Shown here: piece by piece, positions 16,080 to 25,303 of the stretch
How positions within the stretch are numbered: the first letter of the stretch is position 1
Layout of the letters: each line of letters starts with the position of its first letter
Position numbers and translations under genes: made by a program
Origin: Candidatus Woesearchaeota archaeon
GTDB lineage: Archaea; Nanobdellota; Nanobdellia; Woesearchaeales; GW2011-AR9
Reading direction: 5' to 3'
NCBI GenBank assembly: GCA_016185725.1
Contig: JACPNA010000020.1
Location: forward strand, 1 to 52,256
Length of the DNA: 52,256 nt
Notes under the pieces: model-generated
The model's database searches: none
The model's input: the letters and a program-made list of their open reading frames with translations, nothing else
What the model was told of the DNA's origin: nothing

Positions 16080-16757
16080 TTATCTGACACATTCATGGGC
16101 TTTGTAGCCTTTTTCCCATGCTTGTTCTTTAGCTTTGAACCAGAGGCGATGGGATTCGCTAATTTTTTTAGCCCATTCGCACCGTGGTTCGTGATAGGTA
16201 TTACTGCGTTTACTGGCGACATATTTGCCAGGAATATGTTTAACGGAGGGGTTGGTTTTTGGAGAAGGGGTGATTTTTTTTGTTTCTTTAGGTTGTTCAA
16301 AATTAGTGAAGATAGTTGTATCTTGTTTAGGGGTTTTAGCAATTTTTGTTTTGGCTAGTTCGGGTTTAGGTATAGAAGGGTTTTCTTCAAAAATGAAGTT
16401 ATGTGAAGGTTGTGGTTTTTGGGTTTTTGGTTTTGATGTGTTATGGGGAATGCTGAAGAAAAAGCCGGCTAAGGATAAAAAGGTAAGAGATAGATAAAAG
16501 GTTTTATTAACGTACCAGAGGGCAAGAAGATTTAGGATGTAACATAAGAAAATTATATAAAAGTAAAAATCTCCTCTAGGGTGATGATAGTTAAATAAGG
16601 CAAATAAAGTTAAAATTAAAAGGAGAATAAAACCGAGAAGTTCTAATTGCATGAATTTTCCATCTATGGGGGTAATAATAGTAATAAGACCAAAAAAAAG
16701 TAAAATTAAGATTATACTATTAAACAATAATTTTTGGAAACTTTTTTCTAAAAACAT
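16080..16757 (-). CDS. membrane protein with a C-terminal Ada-like metal-binding (YHxxxC...C) domain
   Basis: Four N-terminal TM helices. The C-terminus is KYVASKRSNTYHEPRCEWAKKI...WFKAKEQAWEKGYKAHEC. Confidence 0.55.
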   Translation of the reverse strand: MFLEKSFQKLLFNSIILILLFFGLITIITPIDGKFMQLELLGFILLLILTLFALFNYHHPRGDFYFYIIFLCYILNLLALWYVNKTFYLSLTFLSLAGFFFSIPHNTSKPKTQKPQPSHNFIFEENPSIPKPELAKTKIAKTPKQDTTIFTNFEQPKETKKITPSPKTNPSVKHIPGKYVASKRSNTYHEPRCEWAKKISESHRLWFKAKEQAWEKGYKAHECVR

Positions 16758-16826
16758 AGATTATTGAGATAAAATTGTTATATAAACTTTTCTTGACTGT
16801 ATTGATTATACTTAAATGTGAATGTT

Positions 16827-17144
16827 CTAGAATTCGTTTTCAAGATTTTTAAGGTAGCCTTTCTTTTTTAAGAATTCTACTTCGGCTTTACCGCGATATT
16901 TGTATACTACGTCACCTTTATCATCACCGCCCAAAGCCCATGGTTCTATTAAAATAACGTCGTTTTCTCTTACCCAAAGTTCTCTACGTAATCGCCCGGG
17001 GATACGACAGATGCGTTCTTTTCCATCCAAGCAAAGAACACGCATTCTACTGCCCCCTAAACGCTGCTGGACGATACCTAGGATTTCTTTACCTTGCGGT
17101 ATCCTAACACGAATCATTTGCGGTTCTTCAGATGGTTGTGACAT
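16827..17144 (-). CDS. translation initiation factor aIF1A
   Basis: RVRIPQGKEILGIVQQRLGGSRMRVLCLDGKERICRIPGRLRRELWVRENDVILIEPW is a typical aIF1A S1-like fold. Confidence 0.9.
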   Translation of the reverse strand: MSQPSEEPQMIRVRIPQGKEILGIVQQRLGGSRMRVLCLDGKERICRIPGRLRRELWVRENDVILIEPWALGGDDKGDVVYKYRGKAEVEFLKKKGYLKNLENEF

Positions 17145-17403
17145 GTATATGCGCGAAAAGGAAAGTGATTTATAAACTTTTGTTGTTTATTAGAGATAAA
17201 AACATAAATATGTTTTGTCTAAGAATATCAGGAGAATTGAAAAGAACATTTGGCGAAATATATCTTGAGGATGCAGTTTTAGAAAGAAGAATTTTGAGTT
17301 GAGATTATGATAATAGGATTGAAATAAGCACTGGTCACTAGTCAGGTGCGGGAAAGACATATAAAGAAAGCATTTTCTTGAAGGAGGTATAAAGAGGTTT
17401 CAT

Positions 17404-18228
17404 ATGCCAAAAAGAATTGAATCGCCATCGTCAATTAATACGTTTAAGCAGTGCAAGAGGAAGTATTATTATCAATATCTTAAGAAATTGCCTACTATTG
17501 CTAATATACATCAAGTTAGAGGTAATATTGCTCATTCTATATTGGAAAATTTCTATAATATTGATATAAGCCAGTTTAATGAAGAAAATTATGCTTTTAA
17601 AGTAAGGGAAAGCGTACAAAAATTATTTGTCCATTATTGGAATGATTATAAGAAGAAATTGCAGGAATTGAATCTGAATAAGGATCAAGAAAGATTTTAT
17701 TTTGAAGAAACGATGCTAATGATATTAAATTGGGCTAATCATTTTATTGAGGATTGGAGTGATATTATGAGGAAAAAAAATGTTTCTCTGCAGGAAGCTT
17801 TTTTATTATTGACGCCAATAAGAGAGCTAGAATTGAAATCAGAAAAATATTCTGTTAAAGGGTTTATAGATGCGATCCATCATCGTGATGAGGAAGTACA
17901 TATCTTGGATTATAAAACTAATTCTAGTTTTGAATTTAAAGAGAGTATAATTTTACAATTATCCATTTATTCTTTGTTGTATAAAGAAGTGCAGGGAAAA
18001 TTGCCAGCAAAAGTGGGGATTTTCTTTTTACGGCATAAAGTTAAATGGATGAATGTGGATGAAACGTTATTGGATTTGGCGAAGAGAGAAATTGAATTTA
18101 TTCATAACCATACTTCTTGTTTTGAAGAAATTGAACATTATCCTAAAACTATAACACCTCTCTGTAAATGGAGTAGTGGACAATGTGATTTTTATGATCA
18201 TTGCAAACCGCACCAGAAATCAACCTAG
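17404..18228 (+). CDS. PD-(D/E)XK nuclease, Cas4/RecB-like, with a 4-Cys cluster
   Basis: N-terminal FKQCKRKYYYQYL, the motif IDAIHH...HILDYKT, and C-terminal CKWSSGQCDFYDHC. GGAGGT sits upstream. Confidence 0.7.
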   Translation: MPKRIESPSSINTFKQCKRKYYYQYLKKLPTIANIHQVRGNIAHSILENFYNIDISQFNEENYAFKVRESVQKLFVHYWNDYKKKLQELNLNKDQERFYFEETMLMILNWANHFIEDWSDIMRKKNVSLQEAFLLLTPIRELELKSEKYSVKGFIDAIHHRDEEVHILDYKTNSSFEFKESIILQLSIYSLLYKEVQGKLPAKVGIFFLRHKVKWMNVDETLLDLAKREIEFIHNHTSCFEEIEHYPKTITPLCKWSSGQCDFYDHCKPHQKST

Positions 18229-18268
18229 TTTTTCAGATTTTCTTAGATTATCCTATTTATTATATTTA

Positions 18269-19153
18269 TTATATTCCTAAGGCTGTGCTGCTGGCTTGGA
18301 TTATCTGATGATATATGCCTACATTATCTAGAACCCATGTTTCTACTGCGGCGCCGAGAACGAGGAAAACTAAAGCGACGAAGAGGAGATATAAATTAAA
18401 ACTAAATACTTCAAAAAAACGCTCAGAAGCGAATTCTTCCAGTAAGACGTCTTTGGATATGACGGAGCCAGAAATGGCGGCAAGGAAATAGGAAATAGCT
18501 TCTAACATCATATGAGGGAAAACGATAAGCATGATGAGTAGAAAGAGGTATAACGGATGTTGTCCTGCAAATTCTGCGGCACTGCGGGCAGTTAGACCAA
18601 AAATAGTGCCCCAGACAGAGGCATTCCAGGTGATTAAAAAAATAGCACCATCACCCGTTAACAACGCCATGATAAAACAAGCAATGAGGACAAGAAAGTT
18701 ATTGCTTAATAGACTAAAAAATAGATCACTGGTAAATTCACCAATAGAAACGGCATTGCCGGCAAATCCTTGCCCAAGACGTATTTCTAATTGTTCGCGA
18801 AATAGATTGTTTGATTGTAAACTGGGAAGAAGGATTGTACCCAAGGAATAAACAAGAATAATGCCCAGGAAGAGGAAAACATAAATGCGCACGACTTCAA
18901 TGTCATCTTTCCAAAGTTCACCAAATGTTATTTTCTTTTCAATACTTTCTTTGCGTTCTTCGATGGCAAAGATTTTGTACATCTCGGGAAGTAATAGCAT
19001 AGAAGTTAAGGCAACAGCAACTAGAGCAGGATCGCTAGGAAATAGGATAGAAGCTAAAAGTAATCCGACAATGGAGTAAATTATTCCTAAAATAAAGGCG
19101 TAACGACCTTTTTGTTCAAGCCAATCTTCGGGGAAAATGTGTTCTAAGACCAT
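18269..19153 (-). CDS. SpoIIM-like (DUF95) integral membrane protein
   Basis: Polytopic. NNFLVLIACFIMALLTGDGAIFLITWNASVWG resembles the SpoIIM family. Confidence 0.55.
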   Translation of the reverse strand: MVLEHIFPEDWLEQKGRYAFILGIIYSIVGLLLASILFPSDPALVAVALTSMLLLPEMYKIFAIEERKESIEKKITFGELWKDDIEVVRIYVFLFLGIILVYSLGTILLPSLQSNNLFREQLEIRLGQGFAGNAVSIGEFTSDLFFSLLSNNFLVLIACFIMALLTGDGAIFLITWNASVWGTIFGLTARSAAEFAGQHPLYLFLLIMLIVFPHMMLEAISYFLAAISGSVISKDVLLEEFASERFFEVFSFNLYLLFVALVFLVLGAAVETWVLDNVGIYHQIIQASSTALGI

Positions 19154-19286
19154 AAATAACCTCTTTTTAAGTAAGGATTATTTTTGGATTTATATATGTT
19201 ACGGCAAGAAAATGGTATAAAAATTACATAAGATTTAATAATTGGAATTCGTTTTGAAGTAAATACAGCTTTTAGGAGGTATTAAT

Positions 19287-19841
19287 ATGGTCACATGGAC
19301 AATTATTGGAGCTATTGGTTTAGCAGTGGTAGTATTATTTGTTATTTGGATTTATAATAGTTTGGTTAAGTTGAAATTAAGAGTGGAAAATGCATGGTCA
19401 CAGATTGATGTGCAGTTGAAGAGAAGGTATGATTTGATTCCTAATTTAATTGAGGCAGTTAAAGGGTATATGAAGCATGAGAAGGGAGTTTTAGAAAGTG
19501 TGACTAAAGCACGAACAGCGTTATTGGGTGGCAGTACTGCGGATAAGGCTAAGGCGTCTGATCAAATTTCTGGGGCGTTAAAATCCATTTTTGCGGTGGC
19601 AGAGGATTATCCAAAATTACAGGCAAGTGAGAATTTTAAACAATTACAAGAAGAATTATCCGGAACAGAAAGTAAAATTGCCTATGCCCGCCAGTTTTAT
19701 AATGATGCGGTGATGGATTTTAATCAAGCACGGCAAGTTTTTCCAAAAAATATCTTTGCGACATTGTTTGGGTATACGGCAAAAGAATTTTTTGGGGTGG
19801 AAAAGAAAGAACGCGAGAATGTAAAGGTTAAATTTGATTAA
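19287..19841 (+). CDS. lemA: LemA family protein
   Basis: N-terminal TM, then NSLVKLKLRVENAWSQIDVQLKRRYDLIPNL...YPKLQASENF...ARQFYNDAV. Confidence 0.85.
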   Translation: MVTWTIIGAIGLAVVVLFVIWIYNSLVKLKLRVENAWSQIDVQLKRRYDLIPNLIEAVKGYMKHEKGVLESVTKARTALLGGSTADKAKASDQISGALKSIFAVAEDYPKLQASENFKQLQEELSGTESKIAYARQFYNDAVMDFNQARQVFPKNIFATLFGYTAKEFFGVEKKERENVKVKFD

Positions 19842-19859
19842 ATTTTTTTATTTTTTACA

Positions 19860-20759
19860 ATGAGTTTTTACGAAGAAATTGCTGCAAATAAGAGAAGAAC
19901 AGTATTATTAATATTCTTTTTTTTAGTGTTTATCATATTTATAGGGTTAGTGTTAGGAGTATATTGGGGTAATGCGTATGGGGGATTAATTTTAGCAATA
20001 ATTGGAGGAGGGATATATTTCTTGATTAGTTATTATAGCGGAGATAGTATGATTCTGACAATGACGGGGGCGAAGGAAGCGAAGAAGCCGGAGTATACGC
20101 AGTTAATTAATGTAGTGGAAGGATTAATGATTGCGGCGGGACTGGGAAGGATGCCAAAAGTTTATGTTATTGAGGATACGGCGTTAAATGCGTTTGCTAC
20201 GGGAAGGAATCCGGAAAATTCTTCAATAGCAGTCACTACCGGTTTATTGAAAAAGTTGAATAAATTGGAGTTAGAAGGAGTTATTGCGCATGAGATGTCA
20301 CATATTAAGAATTATGATATTCGGGTAATGATGTTAGCTTCCGTGATGGTGGGTTTATCTTTATTATTATCAGATTTTTTATTACGGAGTTTTTTATGGG
20401 GCAGAGGAGATAACGACCGGGATAGTGGACAGTTAACAATTGTATTTATTGTTTTAGGATTAGTGTTGGCGATACTAGCTCCGTTGATTGGGGAGCTGAT
20501 GAAGTTAGCGATATCACGTAAGCGGGAGTTTTTGGCGGATGCGTCAGGAGCGATGTTGACACGATATCCGAAAGGGTTAGCGGATGCGTTACGTAAGATT
20601 AAGAATGATCCTGATCCTTTGGTCGATAGAGCGAATAGAGCAACGGCGCATTTATTTATTTCTTCACCGTTTAGAAAAGAAAAAAAATCTTTTATGAAAA
20701 ATTTGTTTAGTACGCACCCAGATATTGATGAACGAATTAAGAAATTGGATGAGATGTGA
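19860..20759 (+). CDS. htpX: M48-family zinc metalloprotease HtpX
   Basis: TM helices, HEMSHIKNYD (HExxH), EFLADASGA and the C-terminal STHPDIDERI. Confidence 0.85.
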   Translation: MSFYEEIAANKRRTVLLIFFFLVFIIFIGLVLGVYWGNAYGGLILAIIGGGIYFLISYYSGDSMILTMTGAKEAKKPEYTQLINVVEGLMIAAGLGRMPKVYVIEDTALNAFATGRNPENSSIAVTTGLLKKLNKLELEGVIAHEMSHIKNYDIRVMMLASVMVGLSLLLSDFLLRSFLWGRGDNDRDSGQLTIVFIVLGLVLAILAPLIGELMKLAISRKREFLADASGAMLTRYPKGLADALRKIKNDPDPLVDRANRATAHLFISSPFRKEKKSFMKNLFSTHPDIDERIKKLDEM

Positions 20760-20763
20760 TGTG

Positions 20764-21051
20764 TTATACTCCAGAGGCTAATTGTTTCATGATTTGATGG
20801 CTGAGGTATAATAATATTAAACCAACTAAAATGCCGGAAAGGTCGGAAAAAAGGAGGTTTTTAGGGAACCAATAGCTGTGAATTAAATCCCAGATGCCAC
20901 GCCAAACAAAGATAATGCTTAGGGTAATTATTATGGCAAAGATTACTTGATGGTGTTTTTTTAGATAGATAAATTGATGAAAAATGAGGCGTTCTTCTTG
21001 TTTGATTTCCTGTTCTAGATTTTTTTCAAACTTAGGAAGTTTTTTTTTCAT
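20764..21051 (-). CDS. small 2-TM membrane protein
   Basis: 95 aa with a charged N-terminus and two hydrophobic helices. Lies 36 nt downstream of the ATPase gene. Confidence 0.55.
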   Translation of the reverse strand: MKKKLPKFEKNLEQEIKQEERLIFHQFIYLKKHHQVIFAIIITLSIIFVWRGIWDLIHSYWFPKNLLFSDLSGILVGLILLYLSHQIMKQLASGV

Positions 21052-21087
21052 GGGTATTGGAGAAAATTGGGGAAAATATAAAGTTAT

Positions 21088-22434
21088 CTATATCCTTTTT
21101 ATTTCTTGCAAGCTTTTCTTAAAAAATTCTTTACGTTCTTTTATGGCAGTTGGTGAAGAACCGCCGTGCCAGGTAAAACGAGGACGCATTTGTACTGGAA
21201 AGAGGCGTTCATTAGCATCATCAAAGATAACGGCAGCGCCTTTGACTTTAGGTAGAATGTCTAGTTCTGCATCCAAGCCTTTACGCATATAGCTCTGCAT
21301 TAATTGGGCTAAGGAATCGGTATCAATTTTCGCAGTTAAGCGATGAGATATAACTGTATCGGCTTGGGTCATAACATCAGTATTAATTTTTGCAGGTTGT
21401 TGGGTGGCGAGAATTAATGATATACCGGGTTGACGACCTTCGCGGAGGATAGTAACCAAAGCGTCGGTTGCGGCGGTTTTACCTTCGCGAGGGAGAAATT
21501 CGTGGGCTTCATCTAAAGCAAGCCAGACTAAAGGTTCTTGCATTTTTTGTTCGATGTCTTTAGAAAAATAATGCATAGCGGCATCGACGGTTTTGAATTC
21601 TTCAGCTTTACGGGCAAGCATACGTTGATTAAACAAATTTCGTGAAATTAAACCTATTACGAGAGATTTTATTTCCCAACCGGAAGCAATAGTGGCATAG
21701 GGGCTTAAATCTAGTATGGTAACTTGACCGGGAGCAATGATATCTTTTAAAGGAGTTCCTTCTTGAGAAAAGATTTCCCACCCTTTAGCTTTTTCGAATT
21801 GGTTGATGATGATATGTTTTATGACGTTATCGCTTTCTTGATCATTCTTTGCTTCATTGATGAGGTCGTCCATGGAATAAATTGCCACTATTTTCTGTAA
21901 TTTTTGGATTATTCTTGTGATTAGAACACCATCGGCAGAGTTGGGGTTAATAGAGAAGGCAGTACACCAATCTTCCGGATTAACATCACTCGGTTGAATG
22001 GAGAAAGGGAAATCGGTAGGGATCCCTTCTTCTTTAAATTGAGCATAGAATCCGGAAGGGGTATATATTTTGACATCCAATCCTTTGGGATCAAAACCCC
22101 ATTCTTTAGTTAAATCGGCATCTTGAAAGTTGGGATATTTCATAGTCCAATAAATACCCATGGTATCGAGTAAGATTATGGAAAGGTTTTGTTTGATTTC
22201 CGTAGGTAAATCGGATAAGCCTTCGGCGATTGCTCCCAAACTGTAGGACTTGCCACTGCCCCTCTTACCGACGATAAGAACAACGTGTGAACCAGCAACG
22301 TCAAAGTAAACGGGATTGCTGAGAGAAGTGGTTTGACCCATCTGGATATATTGTTTCGCTAAAAGTATTGTTCCTTCTTTGCCGTATTTTTCTACGTCTT
22401 TACGAGAACGGCCAATGATTACATCAAACACCAT
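21088..22434 (-). CDS. HerA/FtsK-superfamily P-loop ATPase (DUF87-like, no HAS barrel)
   Basis: Walker A GKRGSGKSY, Walker B VWLALDEAHEF, REGRQPGISLILATQQP, and C-terminal RFTWHGG. Confidence 0.75.
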   Translation of the reverse strand: MVFDVIIGRSRKDVEKYGKEGTILLAKQYIQMGQTTSLSNPVYFDVAGSHVVLIVGKRGSGKSYSLGAIAEGLSDLPTEIKQNLSIILLDTMGIYWTMKYPNFQDADLTKEWGFDPKGLDVKIYTPSGFYAQFKEEGIPTDFPFSIQPSDVNPEDWCTAFSINPNSADGVLITRIIQKLQKIVAIYSMDDLINEAKNDQESDNVIKHIIINQFEKAKGWEIFSQEGTPLKDIIAPGQVTILDLSPYATIASGWEIKSLVIGLISRNLFNQRMLARKAEEFKTVDAAMHYFSKDIEQKMQEPLVWLALDEAHEFLPREGKTAATDALVTILREGRQPGISLILATQQPAKINTDVMTQADTVISHRLTAKIDTDSLAQLMQSYMRKGLDAELDILPKVKGAAVIFDDANERLFPVQMRPRFTWHGGSSPTAIKERKEFFKKSLQEIKRI

Positions 22435-22514
22435 AAAAGGATAGAATTAATTGATGGTTAAAAAAGTATCGAAAAATAAAATGAAAAAAAACTAAATTAA
22501 TAAGCAAAATAAAA

Positions 22515-23459
22515 TTACAAGTCTTTCAAGACATTTCTTGGATGTTTGCCTTTGAATAAAAGATCATACAACCCTCGGATTAAGGGTAATTCCAGGTGAT
22601 ACTTTTCGGCAAACTTTTCGGCAACTTTAATTGTAGTTATACCTTCAGCGACCATCTTCATCTCAACTAAGACTTCATCGAGATTACGACCTTTGCCTAT
22701 TTCTAAACCGACAAATCTATTTCGCGAATGGGCACTGGTACAAGTAACGATTATATCACCAACGCCGGCAAGACCATAAAATGTTTCTTTCTTGGCACCC
22801 ATGGCTAAGCCAATTGTTTTAATTTCATTTAATCCTTTGGTCATGACGTAGGCTTTGGCGTTATCGCCAAGGTTCATTCCGTCAAGAACTCCAATAAATA
22901 CAGCTAAAATATTTTTGAGGGCGGCAGAGACTTGCAACCCAATGATATCGGAACTTAATTCTACTTTTAAATTGTCGCTCGCAAACACTTTTTTTAACTT
23001 TTTTTTATTTTTGCCGCCAGCTAAAACTATGCCACTAAACAATCCTTGACCTACTTCTTCAGCATGGGTTGGACCATATAAACAATAAACTTCACCATTA
23101 ATCTGTTCTTTTACTACATCACTTAATAATCTACCGTCAGCAGAAAATCCTTTAGAACAGATAATTATTGGTTGATTGTTGAGATAAGTTTTTGCGTTTT
23201 TTATGGTATTTTCTACCTTATCAGAAGGTACAACCAAAATAACTAGTTCAGTATTATGTAAAATTTCTTGTATATTAGAAGAAATGAAAATATTATTAGG
23301 GATGATAACATGGGGGAGTAATTTACATTTACGTTGAGTTTGCATTTCTTGGGCCTGTTCGATAAAAAATTCCCAGACTTTGATGGAATGTTTATTATTG
23401 GCGAGATGGACGGCTAAAGCGGTGCCCCAACTTCCTCCTCCTAAGATAGAAATGTTCAT
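22515..23459 (-). CDS. gpsA: NAD(P)H-dependent glycerol-3-phosphate dehydrogenase
   Basis: MNISILGGGSWGTALA Rossmann N-terminus, then ...GPTHAEEV..., NILAVFIGVLDG and RNRFVGLEIGKG. Confidence 0.85.
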   Translation of the reverse strand: MNISILGGGSWGTALAVHLANNKHSIKVWEFFIEQAQEMQTQRKCKLLPHVIIPNNIFISSNIQEILHNTELVILVVPSDKVENTIKNAKTYLNNQPIIICSKGFSADGRLLSDVVKEQINGEVYCLYGPTHAEEVGQGLFSGIVLAGGKNKKKLKKVFASDNLKVELSSDIIGLQVSAALKNILAVFIGVLDGMNLGDNAKAYVMTKGLNEIKTIGLAMGAKKETFYGLAGVGDIIVTCTSAHSRNRFVGLEIGKGRNLDEVLVEMKMVAEGITTIKVAEKFAEKYHLELPLIRGLYDLLFKGKHPRNVLKDL

Positions 23460-23547
23460 GAGTTTTGTATTTAATAGTTAATTTAAATAGTTTATTAAAG
23501 AAAAATTGGAAAATTGGAGATTATTAATAAGAATTTAAAAAAAGTAA

Positions 23548-24345
23548 TTATTGAATTACTTCACTCTGGATCTCAAAATTTTCCGATAAAGTAACTTCTG
23601 ATAACATTACCGGAGAAGATAAGCGGGTAAAGGTGTGCTTTTCAATCTCTTTATCTTCACCGTTGACGGTGTCATAAATAATCTGAATCATGGGTAAACC
23701 ATAATAAGAGTTAAGCCATAATTCTTCTTTCTTGCCTTGAGCATTGGTATGTTCGATAATGATTGTTTGGTAATTATCGTAGGTCTGTTCGCCAATTTTT
23801 TTGGCGTCATATCCGATAGAATTGATTAAATCTGAAGGTGTTACGGCAACCTTTTCCAGGTCATAACTGATAGGGAAGGCTTTTTCCCAAACATTCTTAC
23901 AAGAAGAGGCACCCATGGAGCAGATGGCATAGCCTTCTTTCGTATTTACGTTGAAATAAATCTCATTATAGTAAACATTTAGGATATTGGATTTTCTAGT
24001 GGTAGTGTAATATTTCTTAACATTGGCTCCGTTAATAGAATATTCGTAAGAGTCGCCACTTGGAAGATCATAAACATATTTGTAAGAAGTTAGTTTTTTA
24101 CCTTTTTCAATTATTGGTTTAATATTCGCAGGGTAATCATTAGCTTCTTCTTGCGGTGGAACGATGGTTATTGTTGGTTTAGAATTGGATACAATCGGAG
24201 TTTCATCTGATGAAACTTCAGAGGAGGGAGTTGCTTTTTCTGTTGTTATTTCAGCTGGTTTTTCAGCTAATTGCGGTGAGCAGGAAATTAAAAATAAAAA
24301 CACCACAATTATGAGGGTTGTAGATGATAATTTTGTATAGTTCAT
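23548..24345 (-). CDS. putative lipoprotein
   Basis: Signal peptide with lipobox FLISC, followed by a T/S/P-rich linker. Confidence 0.65.
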   Translation of the reverse strand: MNYTKLSSTTLIIVVFLFLISCSPQLAEKPAEITTEKATPSSEVSSDETPIVSNSKPTITIVPPQEEANDYPANIKPIIEKGKKLTSYKYVYDLPSGDSYEYSINGANVKKYYTTTRKSNILNVYYNEIYFNVNTKEGYAICSMGASSCKNVWEKAFPISYDLEKVAVTPSDLINSIGYDAKKIGEQTYDNYQTIIIEHTNAQGKKEELWLNSYYGLPMIQIIYDTVNGEDKEIEKHTFTRLSSPVMLSEVTLSENFEIQSEVIQ

Positions 24346-24431
24346 AGGGAATTAAAAATATAAGCTATATTTAAACCTATCGCTTTTAACCTCTATATTG
24401 TATTTTATTGCTGTTGTGTTAGGGGGAATAT

Positions 24432-25295
24432 TTACTTGACCAAATTAAGCTTAAATTGCTGTTTGAATTCGTAATCGTAAGTGAAACTTAAACTTAAAGA
24501 ACTAGCGTAAGAGTTTTGTTCTTTGATGAAGGTTTTACAGCGTAGAGTGGCTTGTTGTTTTTCGTTAGTCATTTTGATTAGCTTTTGCGTAATTACATTC
24601 TCTCCTAAAAATTCGCATTCCATTTCTTCGCCGCCTAAGTTAGAAGTGATTAAATGTACAGTATTGACTTTACCGCGGCCTTTATTAGCAAGATTAACGC
24701 GGAATTCTACTAGACCGCCCGTACCGGAGGGGTAGGTTATTTCTTCTATTCCATCAACAGCCAAAGGACCGCCTTGACCGCCATAGGATTTTTTATCTTG
24801 TACTTTACAACCAGCATCATTAATGGAATATAAGTTAGGATTTAAACAAATGGTATCGGCAAATTCTATTTTAGATTGGTAAGAGGCTTTAACAATATAA
24901 TTTCCAGTGTAATATTGGGCATTTTGAAATAATTTATTAGAGACGCCGTCAAATTCTAAGAATTGTTTATCACCAATTGGGCTGTTAAGACTTTTCCCAT
25001 ACATGGTGGGAATTTTTTGTTCGTAAACATTTAATAAGAAATATTTATCATCTAAACCTACGATATTCACGGCAAGATTGTTGATGTCGTAAGCGGCTTT
25101 ATTGTCGGCTTCTAAAATAAGTTTAAAATTAGATTCGGGATAAATTTTATCAGGAGGTGCATTAGGCAACATACGGAAATTGAGTTCGGAAACTCCCTGT
25201 TTAAAGTTATACGTTGGACTAGTGATATTTGGTGAAGAGGTACAACCTATCAAAAACAAAAGAATTATTGCTGTTAATATTATTATTATTTTCAT
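24432..25295 (-). CDS. putative lipoprotein (beta-rich; its C-terminal C...C...YDY module is shared with the 609-aa neighbour)
   Basis: Lipobox FLIGC. Only an 8-nt gap to the upstream gene. C-terminus is ...CEF..(26)..C...SFTYDYEFKQQFKLNLVK. Confidence 0.65.
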   Translation of the reverse strand: MKIIIILTAIILLFLIGCTSSPNITSPTYNFKQGVSELNFRMLPNAPPDKIYPESNFKLILEADNKAAYDINNLAVNIVGLDDKYFLLNVYEQKIPTMYGKSLNSPIGDKQFLEFDGVSNKLFQNAQYYTGNYIVKASYQSKIEFADTICLNPNLYSINDAGCKVQDKKSYGGQGGPLAVDGIEEITYPSGTGGLVEFRVNLANKGRGKVNTVHLITSNLGGEEMECEFLGENVITQKLIKMTNEKQQATLRCKTFIKEQNSYASSLSLSFTYDYEFKQQFKLNLVK

Positions 25296-25303
25296 GGTGT
25301 AAT

